Source: an uncultured Oscillospiraceae bacterium
Lineage (GTDB): Bacteria; Bacillota; Clostridia; Oscillospirales; Oscillospiraceae
Direction: 5' to 3'
Assembly (NCBI GenBank): GCA_944385075.1
Contig: CALWVW010000001.1
Location: forward strand, 4,401 to 68,400
Length of the DNA stretch: 64,000 nt
Shown piece after piece: positions 9,867-19,850 of the stretch. A program made the translations under genes and the position numbers. A model generated the notes under the pieces. It was not told where the DNA came from. It was given only the letters and a program-made list of their open reading frames with translations, and searched no databases. Position 1 is the stretch's first letter; every line of letters begins with the position of its first letter.

Positions 9867-11090
9867 ATGGCACTCATTGTACAGAAATTTGGCGGGAGCT
9901 CGGTGGCCGACGCGGATAAGATCCGGAACGTGGCCCGGATCATCACCGAGACCTACCGCAGGGGACACAGCGTTCTGGCCGTCCTGTCCGCCCAGGGGGA
10001 CACCACCGACGACCTGATCGAGAAGTCCCGGGAGATTAACCGCAACCCCTCCCGCCGGGAGATGGATATGCTCCTGTCCACCGGGGAGCAGATCTCCATC
10101 GCCCTGTGCGCCATGGCCATCGAGCGGATGGGCTATCAGGCCATCTCGCTCACCGGCTGGCAGGCGGGGATGCTCACCGATTCCAGCTACAGCTCGGCCC
10201 GGATCAAGCGCATCCGCACCGAGCGCATCCGCAAGGAGCTGGACAAGAAGAAGATCGTCCTGGTGGCCGGCTTCCAGGGGATCAACAAGTACGACGATAT
10301 CACCACCCTGGGCCGGGGGGGCTCCGACACCTCCGCCGTGGCCCTGGCCGCCGCCCTCCAGGCGGACCTGTGCCAGATCTACACCGATGTGGACGGCGTC
10401 TACACCGCCGACCCCCGCACCGTTCAGGGGGCGCGGAAGCTGGAGGAGATCACCTTCGACGAGATGCTGGAGCTGGCCAGTCTGGGCGCCCAGGTGCTCC
10501 ACAACCGCTCGGTGGAGATGGCCAAGCGCTATAATGTCAATCTGGAGGTGCTCTCCAGCTTTACGGGCAATCCCGGTACAAAAGTGAAGGAGGTCGTCAA
10601 GACCATGGAAAAAATGCACGTCAGCGGTGTGGCCAAGGACAAAAATATCGCCCGCCTGGCCCTGGTGGGGCTGGAGGACCGGCCCGGCATCGCCTTTAAG
10701 ATCTTCTCTCTGCTGGGCAAGCGGAACGTCAACGTGGATCTGATCCTCCAGTCCATCGGGCGGAACGGGAGCAAGGATATCAGCTTCACCGTGGCCCTGC
10801 CCGACGCACAGCTGGCCAAGGAGGTCATGGAGGAGAACAGAGAGGCCATCGGCTTCCAGTCCGTGGAGCTCAATGAGAACGTGGCCAAGGTGTCCATCGT
10901 GGGGGCCGGACTGGCCCACAATGCCGGCGTGGCCAGCAAGATGTTCGAGGCCCTGTACAACGCGGGCATCAACATCAATATGATCTCCACCAGCGAGATC
11001 AAGGTGTCTGTCCTGGTGGACGAGCGGGACGCGGAGCGGGCCGTCCAGGCCATCCACGACCGGTTCTTCAGCGAGTTCGGCAACGGCTGA
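9867..11090 (+). CDS. lysC: aspartate kinase
   Basis: IVQKFGGSSVA, TTLGRGGSDTSA, two C-terminal ACT domains, STSEIK. Confidence 0.96.
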   Translation: MALIVQKFGGSSVADADKIRNVARIITETYRRGHSVLAVLSAQGDTTDDLIEKSREINRNPSRREMDMLLSTGEQISIALCAMAIERMGYQAISLTGWQAGMLTDSSYSSARIKRIRTERIRKELDKKKIVLVAGFQGINKYDDITTLGRGGSDTSAVALAAALQADLCQIYTDVDGVYTADPRTVQGARKLEEITFDEMLELASLGAQVLHNRSVEMAKRYNVNLEVLSSFTGNPGTKVKEVVKTMEKMHVSGVAKDKNIARLALVGLEDRPGIAFKIFSLLGKRNVNVDLILQSIGRNGSKDISFTVALPDAQLAKEVMEENREAIGFQSVELNENVAKVSIVGAGLAHNAGVASKMFEALYNAGININMISTSEIKVSVLVDERDAERAVQAIHDRFFSEFGNG

Positions 11091-11104
11091 GTCAGCGGAA
11101 AACA

Positions 11105-11141
11105 GAGGCGGGGCCGCCCTTGTGGGGCGGCCCCGCCTTTT
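11105..11141. terminator. intrinsic terminator after lysC
   Basis: AGGCGGGGCCGCCC/GGGCGGCCCCGCCT stem + T run. Confidence 0.85.
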
Positions 11142-11173
11142 GACGGATGGGTTTCGGTCATCGCTCCCGGCTG

Positions 11174-11428
11174 TCAGAAAGCGGCGTTCAGCATGAAAGC
11201 GGCCAGCGCGAAACAGACCACACCTATGACCCGGACGGCAAGGCGGGCCCGGCGGGAGGGAGGGCCGTCCTCCTTGACGCCCAGCCGCGTTTGGATCAGG
11301 GACCAGATCCCGTTGGGGCGAAAGAGGCACACCAGTCCAAAGATGACCAAGATGACGGAATAAACGACGGCAATATAGATCCGGGATGCGTGGACCTGCT
11401 CCAGCATATTATCCAGGGGGTCGTACAT
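11174..11428 (-). CDS. small two-TM membrane protein (possibly DUF6199-like)
   Basis: AAGGAG RBS before ATG 11428; two hydrophobic helices flanking P..IW...PPS..A..R.IG. Confidence 0.6.
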   Translation of the reverse strand: MYDPLDNMLEQVHASRIYIAVVYSVILVIFGLVCLFRPNGIWSLIQTRLGVKEDGPPSRRARLAVRVIGVVCFALAAFMLNAAF

Positions 11429-11690
11429 GGCGGCACACTCCTTTTCAAAATGGAGGTGGGCGGACACGGATACGCCCGTTTTGACACCGTGATGGACCGA
11501 AACCGTACGTTGCGGTATTATCATAAGTTTACCAAATATAGAGAGAAAAGTAAAGAGAGCTGGGAGATCCTCCCAATTTGGCGAGAGATTGCCCTGTTGA
11601 CGGCATGGCGGGCCGGGCCGGGATATGGCGGCACATCCATGTTACATGGAGCTTTCACGGATTTTTTGCATAGAAAATCCACTTTTTCTC

Positions 11691-11719
11691 TTGACAACCG
11701 CCCATACCGCTGATAAACT
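11691..11719 (+). promoter_or_regulatory. sigma-A promoter of rplU operon
   Basis: TTGACA-17 nt-TAAACT with extended TG. Confidence 0.75.
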
Positions 11720-11735
11720 ATTTAAGCCGCATTGA

Positions 11736-11810
11736 ACAGGTACGGCGCGCCGGACAGAGGCGCGAGCACAACAAGGGGGACACCCCACCTGGGAGAGCGA
11801 GCCCGTAGTA
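11736..11810 (+). ncRNA. ribosomal protein L21 leader
   Basis: structured 5' UTR of rplU with CACCTG and GCGAG elements. Confidence 0.55.
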
Positions 11811-11824
11811 AAGGAGTGAATCAC

Positions 11825-12136
11825 ATGAACGCAATCATCGTGACCGGCGGCAAGCAGTACAAGGTGGCGGAGGGCGACACCCTCTTCATCGAGAAGCTGG
11901 AGGCCGAGGCCGGGCAGACCGTCACCTTCGACCAGGTGCTGGCCATTCTGGATGGGGACAAGGCCACCTTCGGCGCCCCCACCGTGGAGGGTGCCTCTGT
12001 GGAGGCCACCGTCGTCAAGAACGGCAAGGGCAAGAAGATCCGCATCTTCAAGTACACCCCCAAGAAGGGCTACCGCAAGCGTCAGGGCCACCGTCAGCCC
12101 TACACCAAGGTGCAGATCGGCGCCATCAAGGCCTGA
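11825..12136 (+). CDS. rplU: 50S ribosomal protein L21
   Basis: [19 protein letters not shown]. Confidence 0.98.
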   Translation: MNAIIVTGGKQYKVAEGDTLFIEKLEAEAGQTVTFDQVLAILDGDKATFGAPTVEGASVEATVVKNGKGKKIRIFKYTPKKGYRKRQGHRQPYTKVQIGAIKA

Positions 12137-12465
12137 TGACCACTGTCACATTTTTTACCGAGGGGAGCCGTATCACGGGCTTTGAGGTCAAGGGCCACAG
12201 CGGATACGCCCCCGAGGGAGAGGATATCGTCTGCGCCGCCGTCACCAGCGCCGTCCGGCTCGCCGAGTGCGCCGTCAACGACGTGCTGGGGCTGGAGGCC
12301 GCGGTCAAGGTCCGTGAGAAGGACGCCTCCCTCTCCCTGAAGCTCCCCGCCTCTCTGGGACAGACCAACGAGAGCACCTGCCAGACCCTTCTGGCCGCCC
12401 TGATGGTCCATTTCGTCCAGCTGGCGGAGGAGTACCCCGAAAATATTTCCGTTATGGAGGTGTAA
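12136..12465 (+). CDS. prp: ribosomal-processing cysteine protease Prp
   Basis: GHSGY...DIVCAAV between rplU and rpmA. Confidence 0.93.
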   Translation: MTTVTFFTEGSRITGFEVKGHSGYAPEGEDIVCAAVTSAVRLAECAVNDVLGLEAAVKVREKDASLSLKLPASLGQTNESTCQTLLAALMVHFVQLAEEYPENISVMEV

Positions 12466-12468
12466 GAG

Positions 12469-12756
12469 ATGCTGAATATCGGTTTACAGTTTTTCGCCCA
12501 CAAGAAGGGCGTTGGCTCCACCCGCAACGGTCGGGACTCTGAGTCCAAGCGGCTGGGCGTGAAGCGGGGCGACGGGCAGTTCGTGCTGGCCGGCAACGTG
12601 CTGGTCCGCCAGCGGGGCACCCACATCCACCCCGGCGTCAACGTGGGCAAGGGCAGTGACGACACCCTGTTCGCCATGAAGTCCGGCCGCGTGAAGTTCC
12701 ACCGCCTGGGCAAGGACCGCAAGCAGGTCTCCATCATCGAGGAGTCCGCGCAGTAA
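12469..12756 (+). CDS. rpmA: 50S ribosomal protein L27 with Prp-cleaved N-extension
   Basis: [19 protein letters not shown]. Confidence 0.98.
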   Translation: MLNIGLQFFAHKKGVGSTRNGRDSESKRLGVKRGDGQFVLAGNVLVRQRGTHIHPGVNVGKGSDDTLFAMKSGRVKFHRLGKDRKQVSIIEESAQ

Positions 12757-12767
12757 TTGATTTGCCG

Positions 12768-12802
12768 AAAAGCCGCGAACGGAGCACGTTTGCGGCTTTT
12801 TT
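12768..12802 (+). terminator. intrinsic terminator after rpmA
   Basis: AAAAGCCGCGAAC/GTTTGCGGCTTTT + T run. Confidence 0.8.
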
Positions 12803-12827
12803 ATCCCAAAACAGGAGGAAGTGTCCC

Positions 12828-13253
12828 ATGGAGTACCGGAAATTTCCCCAGGGTTATGTGATGCGCCTGGACCCGGGGGAGGAGATCGTGGAGCAACTCA
12901 CCGCTCTGGCGGAGCGGGAGAATGTCCGGCTGGGCTGTGTCTCCGCCCTGGGGGCCGCCAACGACGTGACCATCGGCATTTTCAGCACCGGGGAGAAGCA
13001 GTACCACTCCCGGCACTATCAGGGGGACTTTGAGATCTCCGCCCTGGTAGGGAGCGTGACGCGGATGGAGGGGAAGCCCTATCTCCATCTCCACATCACC
13101 ATCGGGAACCCGGTGACGGGAGAGGTCCACGCCGGACACCTGACCTCCTGCACCATCAGCGCCACCCTGGAGCTGTTTCTCCAGGTCTGGGACGGACAGG
13201 TGGACCGGCAGTTCAGCGACCAGGTGGGGCTGAACCTGTTCCGGTTCTCCTGA
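12828..13253 (+). CDS. PPC/DUF296 domain protein
   Basis: RLDPGEEI, FEISALVG, HLHITIG, AGHL. Confidence 0.9.
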   Translation: MEYRKFPQGYVMRLDPGEEIVEQLTALAERENVRLGCVSALGAANDVTIGIFSTGEKQYHSRHYQGDFEISALVGSVTRMEGKPYLHLHITIGNPVTGEVHAGHLTSCTISATLELFLQVWDGQVDRQFSDQVGLNLFRFS

Positions 13254-13284
13254 CGAAATTCTGAAACAAGAGGAGGCGATTTCT

Positions 13285-14565
13285 ATGGCGGCGCCCTTTG
13301 TGGATACCGCCCGGATCACCGTCCGCTCCGGCGACGGTGGGAACGGGGTGGTGTCCTTTCACCGGGAGAAGTATGTGGCCGCCGGCGGCCCCGACGGCGG
13401 GGACGGCGGCCGCGGCGGGAACATCGTGGTGGAGATCAACGACCATATGTCCACCCTGATGGATTTCCGCTATAAGCGCAAATATGTGGCGGGGAACGGC
13501 TCTGACGGGGCGGGGAACCGGTGCACCGGAAGGGACGGGGAGGACCTGGTCATCCGGGTGCCCCGGGGCACCGTCATCCGGGACGCCGAGACCGGCGAGA
13601 TCATCAAGGATATGTCCGACCCGGAGCCCTTCATCCTGTGCCGGGGTGGCCGGGGCGGCTGGGGCAATAAGCACTTCGCCACCCCCACCCGGCAGGTGCC
13701 CCGGTTCGCCAAGGCGGGCCTGCCCGGTCAGAGCCGGGATGTGGTGCTGGAGCTGAAGCTCCTGGCCGACGTGGGGCTGGTGGGCTTCCCCAATGTGGGC
13801 AAGTCCACCCTGCTCAGCGTGGTCAGCCGGGCCCAGCCCAAGATCGCCAACTACCACTTCACCACTCTCTTCCCCAATCTGGGGGTGGTCTATGTGGAGG
13901 AGGGGGTGTCCTTTGTCATGGCGGACATCCCGGGGATCATCGAGGGGGCCTCCGAGGGGGCCGGACTGGGACACGACTTCCTGCGGCACATCGACCGTTG
14001 CCGCCTGCTCATCCACGTGGTGGACGTGTCCGGCTCGGAGGGCCGGGACCCGGTGGCCGACTTTGAGACCATCAACCAGGAGCTCCGGGAGTACTCCCCC
14101 GAGCTGGCCTCCCGGAAGATGCTGGTGGCCGCCAACAAGGTGGACATCATGGAGGACCCCTCCCTGCTGGAGCGGCTCCGGGCCCACGTGGAGGGGCTGG
14201 GGCTGGAGCTGTTTGAGATCTCCGCCGCCGCCCACCAGGGCACCCGGGAGCTGGTGAAGCGGGCCGCTCAGGAGCTGGCCCAGCTCCCCCCCGTGGCGGT
14301 GTACGAGCCCACCTATGTGGAGCGCCCGCCGGAGGTGGACACCACCGGCGAGGTGGACATCCAGGAGTTCGACGGCACCTGGGTGGTGGACGCCCCCTGG
14401 CTCCAGCGGCTCATCGCCAACGTCAACTTCTCCGACTACGAGTCCCGCAACTGGTTCGACAAGATGCTCCGGCAGTCCGGCCTGTTCGACAAGCTGGAGG
14501 CCATGGGCATCCGGGACGGGGACATCGTGTCCATGTACGACCTGGAATTTGAGTACCAGCGGTGA
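13285..14565 (+). CDS. obgE: GTPase ObgE
   Basis: Gly-rich Obg fold, GFPNVGKSTL, ADIPG, NKVD. Confidence 0.98.
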   Translation: MAAPFVDTARITVRSGDGGNGVVSFHREKYVAAGGPDGGDGGRGGNIVVEINDHMSTLMDFRYKRKYVAGNGSDGAGNRCTGRDGEDLVIRVPRGTVIRDAETGEIIKDMSDPEPFILCRGGRGGWGNKHFATPTRQVPRFAKAGLPGQSRDVVLELKLLADVGLVGFPNVGKSTLLSVVSRAQPKIANYHFTTLFPNLGVVYVEEGVSFVMADIPGIIEGASEGAGLGHDFLRHIDRCRLLIHVVDVSGSEGRDPVADFETINQELREYSPELASRKMLVAANKVDIMEDPSLLERLRAHVEGLGLELFEISAAAHQGTRELVKRAAQELAQLPPVAVYEPTYVERPPEVDTTGEVDIQEFDGTWVVDAPWLQRLIANVNFSDYESRNWFDKMLRQSGLFDKLEAMGIRDGDIVSMYDLEFEYQR

Positions 14566-14693
14566 GAGGGGAGCGCAGATCGCCCCTCTTGGCCGTCTGC
14601 ACAGCGGGGGCGCCCGGCCGGGCGCCCCCGCTGTGTTTGTATCGAAGGGAGATAAGCGGCCCGATGGGGGCGGAAATACCGGCGAATGTGCCC

Positions 14694-14722
14694 TTGACAA
14701 ACGGCCGGTAGCTGAATAAAAT
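14694..14722 (+). promoter_or_regulatory. sigma-A promoter of TPP leader
   Basis: TTGACA-17 nt-TAAAAT. Confidence 0.75.
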
Positions 14723-14747
14723 AAATGCCGAACCGTGGCACAATCGA

Positions 14748-14850
14748 ACACAGGGGCGCTGGGAGCCGTGTTCCCGGCTGAGATGCAGAGGCAGACAGGT
14801 TGCCTCCGGTCCCTTGAACCTGATCCGGGTAATGCCGGCGTAGGAAGTGA
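14748..14850 (+). ncRNA. TPP riboswitch
   Basis: GGGG.GC...GCTGAGA...CCCTTGAACCTGATCCGGGTAATGCCGGCGTAGGAAG. Confidence 0.95.
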
Positions 14851-14936
14851 AGAAGAGATCTGTCGTCGTCTCCTCTCAGACCGCACTACACCCGTCCGGA
14901 TGTACTGCGGTATCTTACTTTTCGGAGGAAATGACT

Positions 14937-15494
14937 ATGCAGATTCGATCCAAACAGGTACAGATGCTGTGCGAGGCGGGCATCATGGTGGCCCTGGCCC
15001 TGGTGCTGGGCATGCTCAAGCTCTATGAGTTCCCTCAGGGGGGCTCCATCTCCCTGGAGATGTTGCCCCTGTTCGTGTTCTGTATCCGCTGGGGCTTTGG
15101 GTATGGGCTGATCGCCTGTACCGCCTTCGGCGTGCTCCAGGTCTTTGTCCAGGGCGCTGTGAGCTATGGCTGGGTGTCCATCCTGCTGGACTACATCGTG
15201 GCCTTCATGCCCCTGTGCCTGTGCGGGCTGGGCAGGGGCAAGCCGGGCGGCGTCTTCTGGGGGAGCGCCCTGGGGGCCCTGGCCCGGTTCCTGGTCCACT
15301 TCATCAGCGGTATCACCGTCTACCGCATCGTGGCGCCCACCGAGCTGTTGGGCACCACCTTTGACAACCCCTATCTCTACTCCGCCGTGTACAACGGCAG
15401 TTATATCCTGGTCGACCTGATCCTCTGCCTGGTGATCTTTGGGGCCTCCTACGGGGCGCTGAAGAAGTATTACACAGCCCAGGATCTGACCTGA
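14937..15494 (+). CDS. thiT: thiamine ECF transporter S-component ThiT
   Basis: PQGGSISL, LLDY, RFLVHFISG, YSAVYNGSY; downstream of TPP riboswitch. Confidence 0.9.
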   Translation: MQIRSKQVQMLCEAGIMVALALVLGMLKLYEFPQGGSISLEMLPLFVFCIRWGFGYGLIACTAFGVLQVFVQGAVSYGWVSILLDYIVAFMPLCLCGLGRGKPGGVFWGSALGALARFLVHFISGITVYRIVAPTELLGTTFDNPYLYSAVYNGSYILVDLILCLVIFGASYGALKKYYTAQDLT

Positions 15495-15531
15495 GACGGC
15501 CCCCCGGGGGCTGGGAAGAAAGGAGGCCCCC

Positions 15532-16341
15532 ATGGGGAAATTTGACGGCCTGCTTCTGGTCAGTGACTTTGACGACACCCTGTATGACGACTACCACCGG
15601 GTGCCCGAGCGGAACCTCCGGGCGCTGGACTACTTCCGGAGCCAGGGCGGGCGCTTTACCATCGCCACCGGCCGGGCCCACCGCACCTTTGCCCCCCATG
15701 TCCATCTGGTGCCCATCGACGCGCCGGTGGTGCTGTCCAACGGTTCCGCCCTGTACGACTTTCAGGGGGACACCATGCTGGTCCAGACCTTTCTCCCGCC
15801 CGAGGCGCCCGCCCACTTCGCCGCCCTGCTGGCGGAGTTCCCCTCCCTGGCCATGGAGGCCTACCACGGGGAGGACATCTATGTCTGGAACCCCAACGCC
15901 GTGACCGACGGCCACATGGCCAAGGTGGGCACCGGCTATACCCTGTGCCCTCTGGGGGAGATGCCCACCCCCTGGACCAAGGCGATCTTTCAACAGCAAC
16001 ACGACGTCCTGCTCCGGGTCCAGCGCCGGATCCTGGACAGCTGGCCGGAGGAGTACGAGGCCATCTTCTCCAACGCCTACTACCTGGAGATCACCCGCAA
16101 GGGGAGCACCAAGGGGGGGATGGTGGACAAGCTGGTGGACTATCTGGGGGCGGACCCGGGGAAGCTCTACTGCGTGGGGGACAACCAGAACGACATCCCC
16201 ATGCTGGAGCGGTCGGTGATCCCCTTTGCCCCGGCCAACTGCGCCCAGGAAGTGAAGGACTGGGGCGCCCGGGTGCTGTGCCACTGCAACGACGGGGTCA
16301 TCGGCGACATCGTGGAGATCCTGGACCGGGCATACCAATAA
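15532..16341 (+). CDS. Cof-type HAD-IIB hydrolase
   Basis: SDFDDTL, ATGR, LEI..KGSTKG, GDNQND. Confidence 0.9.
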   Translation: MGKFDGLLLVSDFDDTLYDDYHRVPERNLRALDYFRSQGGRFTIATGRAHRTFAPHVHLVPIDAPVVLSNGSALYDFQGDTMLVQTFLPPEAPAHFAALLAEFPSLAMEAYHGEDIYVWNPNAVTDGHMAKVGTGYTLCPLGEMPTPWTKAIFQQQHDVLLRVQRRILDSWPEEYEAIFSNAYYLEITRKGSTKGGMVDKLVDYLGADPGKLYCVGDNQNDIPMLERSVIPFAPANCAQEVKDWGARVLCHCNDGVIGDIVEILDRAYQ

Positions 16342-16386
16342 AAAAAGACGGGGCGCTCCGATGGCTTGCCATCGGAGCGCCCCGTC
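16340..16386. terminator. terminator between convergent HAD and nitrilase genes
   Basis: 19-bp inverted repeat with A-run on the left (U-tract for minus strand). Confidence 0.85.
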
Positions 16387-16404
16387 CCGTTGGCGGGGGA
16401 GGAC

Positions 16405-17328
16405 CTACTCCTCCGCCACCTCCAGACGCAGGACGTCCGGGCGGGCGTAGTGGCCGCAGGGGTCGAACTCCATGCGGCTGGCCGGGACCTGCTCCATGTC
16501 CAGCTCGGCGTACAGGATGCCCTCCCGGTCCCAGAGGGGCTCTGTGACATAGTGGCCGTAGGGGTCCACCACACAGCTCCCGCCCCGGCACACCACCTCC
16601 GGCAGGGCGGCGATCTCCTGGGGGCAGTGGAGGTCCCTGGGGTAGCAGTCCCGGGTGAAGTACATATTGCAGTTGACGAAGAAGCACCGGCCCTCCAGGG
16701 CGATGTGCCGGATGGTGGCCTGCCACTCCGGGTTGTCGTTGGTGTTGGGGGAGAGGTAGAGGGTGACGCCCCTCTGGTAGAGGGCGACCCGGGCCAGAGG
16801 CATATAGCTCTCCCAGCAGATCAGGCTGGCCATGGGGCCCCAGGGGGTGTCACAGACGGGGAAGTAGTCCCGGTTGGCGTCCCCCCAGACCAGGCGCTCC
16901 GCCCCGGTGGGCTTGAGCTTCCGGTGGACGCAGTCCAGCCTGCCCTCCGGGGAGAAGATCAGGTTGGTGTTGTAGAGGGTGGCGGTGAAGGCGTCCCGCT
17001 CGGAGACGCCGATGCTCACATAGACGCCCAGCTCCCCCGCCACGGCGGCCAGGGCCGCCGTCTCCTCGCCGGGGACCAGGATGGAGTTGTCGTAGTAGCG
17101 CTTCCAGTCCTGGCGGCCCGCCTCGCTCCGGGCGCCCACCGTGAAGCCGAAGGTCATCCCATAGGGGTAGCCGGGGATATACAGCTCCGGGAGGACCACC
17201 AGCTCGGCCCCGTGCCCGGCGGCGGTGCGGATGAGGTCAATGGCCTTCTGGGTGCTGAGGGCCCGGTCAAAGAGGACGGGGGCCGCCTGGACCACGGCGA
17301 TCTTACAGGGGGACGAGAGCTCTCTCAT
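16405..17328 (-). CDS. nitrilase / carbon-nitrogen hydrolase
   Basis: E-K-C triad: LPELYIPGYP, HRKLKPT..ER, ICWES; D..GHYARPD. Confidence 0.92.
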   Translation of the reverse strand: MRELSSPCKIAVVQAAPVLFDRALSTQKAIDLIRTAAGHGAELVVLPELYIPGYPYGMTFGFTVGARSEAGRQDWKRYYDNSILVPGEETAALAAVAGELGVYVSIGVSERDAFTATLYNTNLIFSPEGRLDCVHRKLKPTGAERLVWGDANRDYFPVCDTPWGPMASLICWESYMPLARVALYQRGVTLYLSPNTNDNPEWQATIRHIALEGRCFFVNCNMYFTRDCYPRDLHCPQEIAALPEVVCRGGSCVVDPYGHYVTEPLWDREGILYAELDMEQVPASRMEFDPCGHYARPDVLRLEVAEE

Positions 17329-17516
17329 GGTGGTACCTCCTTGTACAGCTGGTAAAATAGTGGGGATGTAGATATATATACCATCGGCGGCGCTCCGGTG
17401 TCAAGGTAGCCCGTAGCGGAGGCGGGCGACTGTTTCTGTGACGTGGGCAGAGGAGAGGGGAACTGTCCGCCACGGGAATTTTTATGGAAATTGTAATAAT
17501 TATCTTAAAATTGTGA

Positions 17517-17545
17517 TTGACAATGTGGCAGATGTGATGTATGGT
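17517..17545 (+). promoter_or_regulatory. putative sigma-A promoter of the frl-like operon
   Basis: TTGACA-17 nt-TATGGT in AT-rich intergenic region. Confidence 0.55.
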
Positions 17546-17626
17546 TACCTTACGAGGCGCTACAGGCAGAATGGGACAGAGGGAGGAGCCGGCGGAGCAG
17601 TCCCAAATTTTTTTCCTCCCATATAT

Positions 17627-17642
17627 AATGATATATAACATT
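17627..17642. promoter_or_regulatory. putative GntR/HutC-type operator
   Basis: AATGATATATAACATT palindrome (7/8 pairs), one mismatch from GT-N2-TA-N2-AC; overlaps TATAAT at 17624-17629. Confidence 0.45.
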
Positions 17643-17669
17643 CTAATAGGAAAGATGAGGTATGATGCG

Positions 17670-18527
17670 ATGGTCATTGATATGCACGTCCACCCGGCGC
17701 TCTACGGGGAGATCTGCGGCGACAAGGAGCGGGTGCGGTTGCGCTGTGACGAGATGGGCTACCACCTCATGAGCCCCTCCCCCCTGGAGGTGCTGGACAA
17801 GCAGAACGCCTACGCCGGGATCGACAAGATGGTGCTCCTACCCCTGGACCACTCCACCCGGTGCGATGGGCAGGTGGTGATCACCAACGAGGAGATCCGG
17901 ACGCTGGTGGATCTGCGGCCGGAGATGCTGATCGGCTTTGCCAGCGTGGACCCCCACCGGAGCGACGCGCTGGAGGTGCTGGACCGGGCCTTTGGGGAGC
18001 TGGGGCTGATGGGGCTGAAACTGAACCCCGCCAAACAGCGCTTCTATCCGGACGACCGGATGATGTGGCCCATCTACGAGAAGTGCCTGGAGTACGGAAG
18101 GCCCATCCTCTTCCACGCGGGGCTGTCCTGGGAGCCGCAGACCCTGTGCAAATACTCCCACCCCCTCCGGTTCGAGGAGGTGGCGCTGGAGTTCCCCGCC
18201 CTCCGGATCTGCCTGGCCCACTTCGGCTGGCCCTGGGTCCAGGAGACGGCCATGCTGATGATCAAGTACCCCAACGTCTATACGGACACGGCCATGATGT
18301 ACATGGACAGCGCCGAGCAGTTCATGGAGAAGGTATTCCGCCAGGATATGGGGGAGTACTGGCTGGACCACAATTTCCCGGATCAGGTGATGTTCGGCTC
18401 CAACGCTCCCCGGTTCCGCCCGGTGCGGATCAAGCGGGGGCTGGACAGCCTGAAGATGCGGGAGGACACCAGGCGGAAGGTCATGGGAGAAAACGCGCTT
18501 CGATTCCTGGGGATGGAGGGGAAATAG
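17670..18527 (+). CDS. amidohydrolase-superfamily metal hydrolase (Amidohydro_2)
   Basis: IDMHVH, GLKLNP, ILFHAG, LAHFGWPW, MFGSNAP. Confidence 0.9.
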   Translation: MVIDMHVHPALYGEICGDKERVRLRCDEMGYHLMSPSPLEVLDKQNAYAGIDKMVLLPLDHSTRCDGQVVITNEEIRTLVDLRPEMLIGFASVDPHRSDALEVLDRAFGELGLMGLKLNPAKQRFYPDDRMMWPIYEKCLEYGRPILFHAGLSWEPQTLCKYSHPLRFEEVALEFPALRICLAHFGWPWVQETAMLMIKYPNVYTDTAMMYMDSAEQFMEKVFRQDMGEYWLDHNFPDQVMFGSNAPRFRPVRIKRGLDSLKMREDTRRKVMGENALRFLGMEGK

Positions 18528-18959
18528 ATGAATGTAGTGTTGCAGACAAGGACGGTTTGCGCCGATCAGGAGGTGCAACTGATCAAGATCACCCAGGAGG
18601 TCAAGACGGCCGTGGAGGAGAGCGGGGTGCAGAACGGCGTGGTGTTTGTCATCAGCGCCCACACCACCGCCGGGATCACCATGAACGAGGGCCTGCCCTG
18701 TGTGGAGAAGGACCTGGTGGACAAGCTGGAGGGGCTGGTCCCCACCCGGGACGTGTACGCCCACGCCCACTTCCTCCCCTCCTACGGGGCCACCGGCGGC
18801 AATTCGCCGGGGCACATCAAATCCATGCTGGTGGGCAACCACTGCGTCCTCCCGGTGCAGGGGGGAAAGGTGGTCCTGGGCCACGCGCAGGACATCTATT
18901 TCGCGGAATTTGACGGGATCAAAAACCGAAAGTACTATATCGAGATCATGGGCGAGTAG
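18528..18959 (+). CDS. YjbQ / UPF0047 family protein
   Basis: HTTAGITMNE, NSPGHIKSML.G, LG..Q.IYFAEFDG. Confidence 0.9.
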   Translation: MNVVLQTRTVCADQEVQLIKITQEVKTAVEESGVQNGVVFVISAHTTAGITMNEGLPCVEKDLVDKLEGLVPTRDVYAHAHFLPSYGATGGNSPGHIKSMLVGNHCVLPVQGGKVVLGHAQDIYFAEFDGIKNRKYYIEIMGE

Positions 18960-18975
18960 AGAGGAGGAGGTACCA

Positions 18976-19758
18976 TTGAAGGTAGTGGCGGTAGGGGACA
19001 ACTGCGTGGATGTCTATTACACCATGAACCGGTTTTACCCCACGGGAAACGCGGTGGATTTTGCCATCAATCTGAAAAAGCTGGGGCAGGACGTCTCCCT
19101 GGTGTCCATCCAGGGCAATGACGTGTTCGGCGTGGCGGTGGCGAATGTCCTGGACCGGTACGGCGTCGACCGGACGCACTTCTATCCGGGACAGCGGCAG
19201 ACGGCGACGGCCCAGATGAATCTCGTCAACGGCGACCGGGTCCACGAGAAGTTCAACGGGAACGTCCTGGAGGATTTCACCCTGGACAGGGAGCGGATGG
19301 ACTATGTCAAGGGCTTTGATCTGATCTACTCTGAGAAGTGGTCCCGGATCGGGCGGTACCTCCCGGAGCTCCGGACGGACCACAATATCCTGATCCACGA
19401 CTTCTCCAAGCGGCTGGACGACCCCACCAACGAGGGCATCCTCCCCTATCTGGACTACGCCTTCTTCTCCTACGAGAAGCTGGACGACCAGATCCGGGAC
19501 TTCCTGAAGAGGACCCAGGCCAAGACGGGCCGGACGGTGATCGCCATGCTGGGGGAGGACGGGAGCCTCGCCTATGACGGGACGGACTGGCACCGGGAGG
19601 TGGCGGACCGGGTGGAGGTGGTCAACACGGTGGGGGCCGGCGACTCCTATGTGGCGGGCTTTGCCAAGGGCCTGTGCGAGGGAAAGAGCCTGGACGAGTG
19701 TATGCACCTGGGCAAGACGACGGCGACCCAGATCATCCAGATGTTCGATCCCTATTGA
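18976..19758 (+). CDS. PfkB-family kinase, fructoselysine 6-kinase (FrlD)-like
   Basis: VGDNCVDVY...GNAV N-terminus as in FrlD; NTVGAGDSY PfkB signature; TTG start after GGAGG. Confidence 0.8.
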   Translation: MKVVAVGDNCVDVYYTMNRFYPTGNAVDFAINLKKLGQDVSLVSIQGNDVFGVAVANVLDRYGVDRTHFYPGQRQTATAQMNLVNGDRVHEKFNGNVLEDFTLDRERMDYVKGFDLIYSEKWSRIGRYLPELRTDHNILIHDFSKRLDDPTNEGILPYLDYAFFSYEKLDDQIRDFLKRTQAKTGRTVIAMLGEDGSLAYDGTDWHREVADRVEVVNTVGAGDSYVAGFAKGLCEGKSLDECMHLGKTTATQIIQMFDPY

Positions 19759-19850
19759 TCTGCCGGGAGAGTAGCGGAGAGAAGGGGGAGCCGGCGATGG
19801 AAGATGGCCGGGACCGGCTTCGCCCCACATACGGGAAAAGGAGGCGCCCT

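Noticed and set aside
8095-11090. Absence of thrB/thrC from the thrR-hom-lysC cluster
   Set aside because: These genes are commonly located elsewhere; cannot be judged from one window.
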